A DNA stretch of 56,814 nucleotides from Octopus bimaculoides (taxonomy: Eukaryota). Made by a program: the position numbers and the translations under genes. The stretch covers positions 41,660,501 to 41,717,314 of the forward strand of contig NC_068993.1 of the NCBI RefSeq assembly GCF_001194135.2. The letters run 5' to 3'. The notes below the pieces were generated by a model. It saw only the letters and a list, made by a program, of their open reading frames with translations, was not told where the DNA came from and ran no database searches. Of this stretch, positions 47,453 to 56,814 are shown one piece after another. The first letter of the stretch is position 1. Every line of letters starts with the position of its first letter.

Positions 47453-47839
47453 AGAAAATGTATATCGGTACTTCAGTGTTAAAAGTGAGTTAGCTCCACT
47501 ATACACTAAATGTATATGTATAGATGTAAGTAGATATTGGTCTTTGCGAGTATAATTGTATTAGTGTATGAATATCAGTGCTTATGTGAGAACGTTTCAT
47601 TTTGTTTCACCTTAATATAAACCACCGTGAAAAGGCAATATTGATGTTGTTTAAGAGAATTGCAAATTGTTATGGCTCTGTTTTTAACGCAAATAAAGCA
47701 AACTAATGAAAAAACTCATAATATTTATATTTCATATTATTAAGTTTTAAGAGAATTATAATTCAGTAATCAAATAATATTCATTGTTGATTAAACTAGG
47801 AACTAAACGGCTAATTCGTATTTAAACATTGCGAATGTA

Positions 47840-47875
<36 letters not shown>

Positions 47876-47959
47876 ACATTCTCTCTCTCACTGTCTCTCA
47901 TTCTCATTCTCTCTCTCTTACACACTCTCTCCCTCTCTTTCTTTCGATATAATTATATA

Positions 47960-48165
47960 TATATGTGTATATTTTCTTTTACTCTTTTACCTGTTTCAGT
48001 CATTTGACTGCTGCCTTTGGTCGAGCGAATCGAACTCAAAACTTACTCTTTGTAAGATTAGTACTTATTCTATCAGCCTCTTTTGTCGAACCGCTATGTT
48101 ACGGGGACCTAAACACACCAACATCGACTGTCAAGCGATGTTGGGGGAACAAACACACACAAGCA
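47960..48165 (-). mobile_element. SINE family B tail
   Basis: CTTTTACCTGTTTCAGTCATTTGACTGC...GTACTTATTCTATC...GAACCGCTATGTTACGGGGAC...GTCAAGCGATG. Confidence 0.88.
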
Positions 48166-48216
48166 CAAACATATTCGCACAAACACACACACGACCACAC
48201 GCACATATATGTGTAT

Positions 48217-48365
48217 AGGCGCAGGAGTGGCTGTGTGGTAAGTAGCTTGCTTACCAACCATATGGTTCCGGGTTCAGTCTCACTGCGTGCCTTCTACTAT
48301 AGCCTCTAGCAGTCCAAAGCCTTGTGACTGGATTCGGTAGACGGAAACCGAAAGAAGCCCGTCCT
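48217..48365 (+). mobile_element. SINE family B head with internal deletion of the CCTTGGGCAAG core
   Basis: GGCGCAGGAGTGGCTGTGTGGTAAGTAGCTTGC...GGTTCAGTCTCACTGCGTG|CCTTCTACTATAGCC...GTAGACGGAAACCGAAAGAAGCCCGTC. Confidence 0.92.
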
Positions 48366-49034
48366 ATATATATATATATATATTAGTTTCAGCTTAGAGC
48401 TGCGGCCATGCTGATGCACCGCCGTGTTATATATNNNNNNNNNNNNNNNNNNNNNNNNNNNNNNNNNNNNNNNNNNNNNNNNNNNNNNNNNNNNNNNNNN
48501 NNNNNNNNNNNNNNNNNNNNNNNNNNNNNNNNNNNNNNNNNNNNNNNNNNNNNNNNNNNNNNNNNNNNNNNNNNNNNNNNNNNNNNNNNNNNNNNNNNNN
48601 NNNNNNNNNNNNNNNNNNNNNNNNNNNNNNNNNNNNNNNNNNNNNNNNNNNNNNNNNNNNNNNNNNNNNNNNNNNNNNNNNNNNNNNNNNNNNNNNNNNN
48701 NNNNNNNNNNNNNNNNNNNNNNNNNNNNNNNNNNNNNNNNNNNNNNNNNNNNNNNNNNNNNNNNNNNNNNNNNNNNNNNNNNNNNNNNNNNNNNNNNNNN
48801 NNNNNNNNNNNNNNNNNNNNNNNNNNNNNNNNNNNNNNNNNNNNNNNNNNNNNNNNNNNNNNNNNNNNNNNNNNNNNNNNNNNNNNNNNNNNNNNNNNNN
48901 NNNNNNNNNNNNNNNNNNNNNNNNNNNNNNNNNNNNNNNNNNNNNNNNNNNNNNNNNNNNNNNNNNNNNNNNNNNNNNNNNNNNNNNNNNNNNNNNNNNN
49001 NNNNNNNNNNNNNNCTACATATATATAGAGAGAG

Positions 49035-49091
<57 letters not shown>

Positions 49092-50779
49092 TGCATATAT
49101 ATATGCATATATGTATATATATATATATATATATGCATATATAGATATATATATATGCATATACACGAGTATATGCATATTATACATATATGTGTGCGTG
49201 TGTGTGTGTTATAAGCTATACGGCAGGGTATGTAGTATGGTACATGTAGTTACTATCGTATGAATACTCCTGCCTCGTTAGTCTGACTTCATCATGTTTT
49301 GGGGGATTAAGCCATTTGTTACTTTCTATGATGTTGTACCCTACTTATCATATTATGTATTTTTTAATGGCTTTTATGTAGGTAAGCTTCCTATGTATAT
49401 ACCCCTGTGAAACTATAAAATCATGTATGTAATAGCAAATAGCAAAGGTAACTTTATAACTTATTAAATACCCCTTCGGTCTCAATACCACCCCCTGCCC
49501 TCACTACCAATATACCTATTGCTTCTTCTGTGAGGTTATCTATATTTCTCCCCTACATGAAATTTTAATACTCTGTCCCTTTAAAATGTAAGATAAATAT
49601 TTTCTTACTAATCTCTATAATTTCTAATTACTTTGTTTTCTTATTTTGATATCGTTACCTATTAACCTCTTACCCCTTAGAAGTTGTTACTGTTCTTAAA
49701 TAGAGACATTAACTTTCTAGTTACTTATGTCTATGAGAGCTGTTTATAACATATCCATAATAAAATATAAATATTTGTGTACAATTGTATGTGTGCACAT
49801 AGTTAAATATGTGTGTGTATTTGTACACAACTTATTATTTTTTTCCGTTTTTATTTTCTGATTCTTAGCTTATAATTAATATATAGATAGCCTGATTTAT
49901 CGCCCTAGTATTCCATAAGTAAATACTCAGAGCAGTCTTTATAGAAACCACCTAACAAGTAAATAATTAAATACATGAATGAAACTAATTCTATGTAATT
50001 TTCCCTTTCTAATGTTGAAAATTGGTATATATACCATTTTATCTATTTTGGTTATATCATTTTTATAACCTTAAATTTTATCTTTATACAACATAACAAT
50101 CTTGTTTATATACAATCACCCATATTACCCCATGATAACTTCCTCTGTATTAACATCATAGGTTTTATTAGCGTCTTTCACCTTTAACTGGTAACCAACA
50201 TCTTGATTGGGATCTTCCCCTACCCAGCCTCCTTTATAGACAGTTACTTTATACTAATACTAGAAATCTTGACAATGTTTATGACCATACCCATACGTGC
50301 TGTCAACTCATTCCTGCTCTCCATTCTAAACAGACACAATCCTCTAGTCTTATGGCGGGTCAAAGTTGGAAACAAAAACAGGACAGTGGAGGCATACAAA
50401 GAAACCGAACGAAAACAAACATGGAGAGTCGTTAGACCAGAACGAGAGGAAAAGAGTGAACACTGGGAGAAATATCTTCTTTGAAAAGAGAAAAGAGAGC
50501 GAAAAACAACGTTCAGTCTTTTGAACGTCCGTGCAGGAAAAGAAAGATGATCACACGAGAAAAGGAAAGATGGACGATGGTCACGAGTGAGGAACGAGAG
50601 AGTGAAAAATAGAAAGTGGAGAGAGAGAGAGAGAGATAGAAAACGGTAAAAGAGGGAGGGGAGAAAATGGAATTAGAGAAGGATGGAGAAAGAAAACAGT
50701 ATAAAGTTGCATAAACAATGTGAAGATAAACTTACTTGGAAATAGATCCGTGGCGTTCAATTAAATAATAATAGATAAT

Positions 50780-50810
<31 letters not shown>

Positions 50811-51189
50811 TATNNNNNNNNNNGTGTGGCATTAAAGTATATTAAAATGAAATAACTAGGTAATACTGAAACTCGCGTGTCTTTTAAATAGTGCTCTCGG
50901 ACTTAAGTTATTTTCATTAGCAAAATTATCGAGCGAAATTGAATCACAAGTCGCTGCCTTGAAATTTTCTGTTACAGTTAAACAAGTTATTGTGATTTTA
51001 CCTTCCTGTTACGCTGTAGCAACAAAATATGACGTTATACACTATGAAGCATATAATTTAATTAATTCAATGTACAAACATATTTGTAGTTTTGTTTCAA
51101 GGCTAAATGTCTTCTAGGGAGAACATGCATTTTTAACAACCCATGGGTCCCGGTTTTTGCCGAGCTGGGTCTCATCAGCATCGATATAT

Positions 51190-51249
<60 letters not shown>

Positions 51250-51654
51250 CACACGTATTTGTTTAATTACAATCAGATGTGTTCTTTAGGTGTGATTGTC
51301 AACATATCTGTTAACGCTAATAGTAGATTATCTAACTTTGCAGTACTGGCAATTAGTCTTCGAGGAAAATATCGTAGCATTGTGTAAAACTTGGGAGTTA
51401 ATTAATTTGTTAATTAATTTTAACACACCATTTCTAGCCTAGCTCTGAATCTATTTTGATCTGAATGTAATCGACGAGGTGACGCCATTCTCAGCTTTAT
51501 ATAACACTTATTTTCTGATTTAGGCACAAGGCCTGAAATCATTTTAAGAAGGGTGAGTTAATTACATTGACCACTGTTATAGACAGGTGCTTTATTTTCT
51601 CAAGCCCAAACCTGTAAGGAGATGTGCATTTGCTTGGATTTGAACTTAAAAAGC

Positions 51655-52560
51655 CGGAACAAGTAAGCAGAGCATTGTTCCCGAACTTGTAACTCCATAA
51701 TTTCGGGTTCAGTCGTAATGCACAGTTCCTTGGGTAAGTGTCTTTCACAATAGCTCCAGTCCAACCAATGTATTTTCAATTTGGTGAACGGAAACTACGT
51801 AGAAACATAATGAGAGTATATATATACATATATATATATATACATATNNNNNNNNNNNNNNNNNNNNNNNNNNNNNNNNNNNNNNNNNNNNNNNNNNNNN
51901 NNNNNNNNNNNNNNNNNNNNNNNNNNNNNNNNNNNNNNNNNNNNNNNNNNNNNNNNNNNNNNNNNNNNNNNNNNNNNNNNNNNNNNNNNNNNNNNNNNNN
52001 NNNNNNNNNNNNNNNNNNNNNNNNNNNNNNNNNNNNNNNNNNNNNNNNNNNNNNNNNNNNNNNNNNNNNNNNNNNNNNNNNNNNNNNNNNNNNNNNNNNN
52101 NNNNNNNNNNNNNNNNNNNNNNNNNNNNNNNNNNNNNNNNNNNNNNNNNNNNNNNNNNNNNNNNNNNNNNNNNNNNNNNNNNNNNNNNNNNNNNNNNNNN
52201 NNNNNNNNNNNNNNNNNNNNNNNNNNNNNNNNNNNNNNNNNNNNNNNNNNNNNNNNNNNNNNNNNNNNNNNNNNNNNNNNNNNNNNNNNNNNNNNNNNNN
52301 NNNNNNNNNNNNNNNNNNNNNNNNNNNNNNNNNNNNNNNNNNNNNNNNNNNNNNNNNNNNNNNNNNNNNNNNNNNNNNNNNNNNNNNNNNNNNNNNNNNN
52401 NNNNNNNNNNNNNNNNNNNNNNNNNNNNNNNNNNNNNNNNNNNNNNNNNNNNNNNNNNNNNNNNNNNNNNNNNNNNNNNNNNNNNNNNNNNNNNNNNNNN
52501 NNNNNNNNNNNNNNNNNNNNNNNNNNNNNNNNNNNNNNNNNNNNNNNNNNNNNNNNNNNN

Positions 52561-52594
<34 letters not shown>

Positions 52595-53010
52595 TAACGA
52601 AGGCAGCTACACGTTATATAAAACTAAAAAGAAAAAAATCAATTGTCACTAATTGTGACCGAGTGTGCCTGGTAGTACCCATATTGGTAGAAATACGAGT
52701 TAAAAACCCTTAGAACCGAAAGAAAGAACATTTCCATATACTGACACGGGAAATAACCACCGCACAGCGTGTATATATATATGTAGATATATATGCACGT
52801 GTGTGTGTGTGTGTGTTTATTGCTCCTCACATAATGCTTGACAATAGTTGCTGGTTTGTTTACATCCCCGAACCAATGGTTTGCCAAAAGAAGACAGAAA
52901 GAATAATTATCCAACTTTAAAATGAATTAGGACCAATTTGTTAAACCCTTCAAAACAATGCACAAGCATGGCTGCAATCCAATGAGCGAAGCAAGTACAA
53001 AGTAAAACGT
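51655..53010 (+). mobile_element. SINE family B, diverged head (51655-51810) and tail (52815-53010) separated by microsatellite and gap
   Basis: CGGGTTCAGTC...CCTTGGGTAAGTGTCTT...GAACGGAAACT; tail GCTTGACAATAGTTGCTGGTTTGTTTACATCCCCG...GCATGGCTGCAATC. They may belong to two elements. Confidence 0.6.
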
Positions 53011-53454
53011 AATTGTAACTGTGCTGCAGTATGAATATTATATCTTTTAACAAAGTTATTATATATAGGGTTGGCTTAATCTATCTCCCCGTTTAACAAT
53101 ATTCGATTTTTGTGTGCCTTTCTTAGAGCCTACTTTCTTGCAAGCGTTTGAACAATGTAGATACTCGGAAAATGGTTTTAGGCGATCTCCTTTTTCGTTT
53201 GACTAAGCAATTCAGAAAACAAATTCGTTACTTGAATTCATATTTTTGAAAGTTAGTGTAGTTATTATGAATACAGTGCAAAAACGCTCGTAGATTGGTC
53301 ATAACTCTGCAAGTCTTTTCACACAAATTCAATAACCTAAACACGTTCTCAAAACTATCATCAGACAAAATTTCAATACTCATTAACTGACTGTGTTTAA
53401 TTAACTGAAAACTGTGACACAGGGCTATAATAATTGTTCCTAGTTTAACAACAA

Positions 53455-53575
53455 AGCCAGTAGTTTTTAGTGAGAAGGATCTAGTCGATTAAATCGACTC
53501 CAGTTTTCTGATTGGTAATTTATTGATCGATACCGAAGGGCTAAAATACAAAGTCGACGCCGGAATGATTTCAAC
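53455..53575 (-). mobile_element. SINE family A, degenerate body
   Basis: AGTCGATTAAATCGACTCCAG...TGGTAATTTATTGATCGATACCGAAGGG...CAAAGTCGAC. Confidence 0.65.
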
Positions 53576-53866
53576 ATGAACAACGTACTGTATTTGATGA
53601 CGTAAAAAATATCTCAAAAATATCGCCCTACTGGGCGCTTGTATTAGACGCTTAATGTATTAAAATATTCTTTTTCCTGAATATGCACTGCGGAAATTAG
53701 GCTGCATCTATTATTCTCGTGTGTCTCTTATGCCATCAACTATGGTCAATAGTTTAAACAATTTACTAGTCTCTTTGGGGATGATGTAGCAGAGAAGACA
53801 CTTCCCAAGTGATTTCGAAACTTGAGGCATCTCGTGTTTCTCCACTCGCAAAGTGATCGTCTAAAT

Positions 53867-54052
53867 TAGTGCTTCACAACCGATATGCCGCGGTAGACTG
53901 GTGTGCCACGAGACGATGTTAGGTGTGCCGCAGTATCATCTGAATATAAATTTTACTCTATACTTTTGGTTACATTTTTAGTTCAGATGTCCCGCTGCAT
54001 TCTGAAAAGAATATAAGTGTACCGTAAGTGAAAAAAAGGCTGCGGGGCATTG
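53867..54052. mobile_element. hAT (Charlie-type) MITE with perfect 8-bp TSD
   Basis: GTCTAAAT at 53859-53866 and 54053-54060; degenerate TIRs TAGTGCTTCACAACC / GGCTGCGGGGCATTG; GTGTGCC subterminal repeats. Confidence 0.85.
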
Positions 54053-54060
54053 GTCTAAAT

Positions 54061-54413
54061 CAATGATTCTCAACCGTGGTCCAAAATAGCCACTGAGGGT
54101 CCATGTGATTTTTTGGGGTCCACACAGCAAAATTGTAAGTTGGAGAACCACAATAGTATTTTAAGGGCCCCTGAAAAAAATTTAATTTAAATGCATGTAT
54201 GACAACAAACAAATTTCTTTTTCTAACAAACAAACAAATTTCTTTTTCTAATTTTACATAGTTCAACCTAAACAAGTTAAGAACTTGAAAGAAGACCTTT
54301 GAAAGAAGTTCCTATGAAACTAGTTTTTAAATATCTAATGGCTATGGGGATCAACAAGAATAAAATAGTAATCAAAGGGGTTTATAGATAAAACATGGTT
54401 AAGAACTCCATGC
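54061..54413. mobile_element. Second hAT (Charlie-type) MITE
   Basis: CAATGATTCTCAACC left end, GGTTAAGAACTCCATG right end, GGGTCCA subterminal motifs; flanks GTCTAAAT and ATTTAAAT (6/8 match). Confidence 0.75.
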
Positions 54414-54699
54414 ATTTAAATGAAAATATACCGAAAATATACCGAAAATATACTGATTGACCAGGAGCAATTAATTTTGCTGAAGAGTAGGCTAATTGAT
54501 TGGACCAATATTATTACTGAGTTATTAGTATTTAGCTTTGTAATGTCATTTAATTTTTGATTACAAGAAGGAATAGACTAAGTGTTGCCCAGCAACCTCT
54601 CCGTCGTCACCAAGGAGCAAAACGATGACGTAAGTGATATTAGTAAAATAACAAAGAATAAAAGAAAGAAAAGATCAACGAGCAGACATATATTTCATA

Positions 54700-55109
54700 T
54701 TTTTTCTTTTAATTGTTACAGGCCTTGGACTGCGACCATGCTGAAGCACCGGCTTTAAAAGATTTTAGTGGAATATATCGACCCCAGCACTTATGGTTTT
54801 AAAGCCTGGTACTTATTCTATCGGTCATTTCTACCGGACCACTAAGAGACGGGGGACGAAAACACACCAGCACCGTTTTGTCAAGCGGTGTGGAAACTGC
54901 AAATACAGACACAAAGACATACGCCCGCACACGGATACGCACACACACANNNNNNNNNNNNNNNNNNNNNNNNNNNNNNNNNNNNNNNNNNNNNNNNNNN
55001 NNNNNNNNNNNNNNNNNNNNNNNNNNNNNNNNNNNNNNNNNNNNNNNNNNNNNNNNNNNNNNNNNNNNNNNNNNNNNNNNNNNNNNNNNNNNNNNNNNNN
55101 NNNNNNNNN

Positions 55110-55180
<71 letters not shown>

Positions 55181-55345
55181 GACGGGCGTCTTTCAGTTTC
55201 CGTTTGCCAAATCCATCACAATGCTTTGATAGACTCGAGGCCATAGTAGAAAACACTTGCCCAATGTTCAATAAAGTGGGACTGAACCCAGAACCATGTG
55301 GGGAAGAAGGAAGCTTTTTACTACACAACTGCGCTTGTACCTGTG
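54700..55345 (-). mobile_element. SINE family B, full length with central microsatellite/gap
   Basis: Head 55180-55345 and tail 54700-54900 on the minus strand. Confidence 0.85.
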
Positions 55346-55739
55346 AACTTTTATGAATAGAAAATAAAACTAGCGGTCTTAATATCGCATGCATCACTCC
55401 TAAAACCAAGTGCGTCCTTCTGAAAGCTGTACAAAGTTTGACGGGCAATATCTGAAAATAAACCATGATACTGGAATATACTTCTGCTAATTAAATCTTC
55501 AATGCCTATCATTTATACTAATTGCGGATTTTAGAAACACCCAGTAATGTTTGTTTATCAAATCATTCTTTGCTGCATTAATCTACAGATAAATGTACGG
55601 ACAACACAGTGTTCCTAGACCATGAAACAAAATCTAATTGTAACAATTAATATATTTGTTAAATGATCTAAATGCGACTCCTATTTCTTGAAGTTCCAGT
55701 CGGTCGGAAATCGTGTTGGGTCGACCATTCACTATGGAC

Positions 55740-55901
55740 TTAATCAATAGTGTTGCCCTCTAAGTTACAGGGACATAAACAGACCAGCACCGGTTGTCAA
55801 GCTGCAGTAGGGGAAAAGCATTATCACAAACAAGCACACCTATATATATATTTGTGTGTGTGTATGTCTGTGTGTGTACCCCACCCATATATTTATATAT
55901 G

Positions 55902-55934
<33 letters not shown>

Positions 55935-56140
55935 ATATAGATAGATAGATAGATAGTTAGATTGATAGATAGATACGATGATCTTCTTTCAATTTCCGCC
56001 TACCATATCCATTCACATTTTGGTCAGCCCGAAGCCATAGTAGAAGACACTTGCCCAAGGTGTGACGGTGTGGGACTGAACCCGGAATTATATGTTTTGG
56101 AAGCAAACTTCTTACAACGTAGTCATGCCTACGCCCATGA
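55740..56140 (-). mobile_element. SINE family B with truncated tail
   Basis: AGAAGACACTTGCCCAAGGTG...GGGACTGAACCCGG head at 55985-56140; partial tail 55740-55820. Confidence 0.82.
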
Positions 56141-56814
56141 ATATATTTAAAACCTATATATTCACCTAATTGTGAAATCTTTGAAACATCTGTTCATGTT
56201 TTTTTTCTTTTTTTTTTTCTTTTTGTTATTGAACTTGTAATTTACCTGTTAAAGTAATTGCGTTTGTGTTTAAATGATGGAAATCTGATAAAATATTTCG
56301 TTTGAGATTTAAGGACTAATCAAAATTTCATAAAATAATAGGTTTAACTGTCTAGAAACTGTTTGAGAATATAACATTGTCTGGCTGCAGATAATTTTAT
56401 TGTCGTCTTCAAACGGAAACAGGTTTCCTACTTATAATATAATATATTTATTACCACAGAATGTGTGAGGTTTTAAGTAAGTGCTCGGTGCCTTCAGCTG
56501 CAACATTTATGCATGCATTCTGTTAAGTAAGTTGGTTTCAATGAAGACGAAAAAATATAAAATTCATAGACAAACTTCTCCATGACACCTGGATACATCT
56601 CTATAAACAACAACTTCCTATGATGCTGTAGAACATAACTTCAAAGACTACACCAGATGCCGTTAAATCAAGATATAAAACAGGCAAAAAAAAAAAAATT
56701 GGCCCAAACTTATATAAATATGTGCGTGCGTGCGTGTGTGTAAGTGTGTGAGTGTGTGTCTATATTTTCGATGGAAAATAATACCATTGTATTGTAATAT
56801 ATATATATATATAT

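Noticed and set aside
49300-50760. Possible heavily decayed Penelope ORF and terminal repeat on the minus strand
   Set aside because: Only vague motif resemblance (GKIPIKMLVTS; degenerate GAAACG-like region near 50510); not supportable without a profile search.
3168-55466. Long ORF-track entries containing X runs or CV/HT/YI/LS/ER dipeptide repeats
   Set aside because: Artefacts of N-gaps and di- or tetranucleotide microsatellites; not coding evidence.

Overview
AT-rich, repeat-dense animal genomic DNA from a draft scaffold with about 25 N-gaps, almost all flanked by (CA)n, (TA)n, (GA)n or (GATA)n microsatellites. The SINE families and microsatellite load suggest a coleoid cephalopod, probably Octopus (inference from recalled repeat consensus, not a database result). 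No host protein-coding gene can be supported with confidence; most ORF-track entries are microsatellite or gap artefacts. The window holds many copies of three tRNA-type SINE families (called A, B and C here) and decayed coding remnants of a DD41D Tc1/mariner transposase (8137-8925), a HERO-type RLE non-LTR element (28780-29265) and an RTE-type LINE (35121-36262). It also has a Tigger MITE, two back-to-back hAT MITEs sharing one target site, Helitron-like 3' ends, and a TRIM-like LTR element with PBS and PPT (45836-47452). The most interesting signal is a type I hammerhead ribozyme motif at 2980-3073 with all invariant core nucleotides, a 7-bp helix I, a palindromic helix III and an enlarged domain II, plus four decayed hammerhead-like relatives. 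Also notable: a 16-bp minisatellite that appears to have expanded out of a SINE head, a 45-bp near-perfect inverted repeat, a pre-miRNA-sized hairpin, and a cluster of canonical splice signals at 19.3-21.0 kb.
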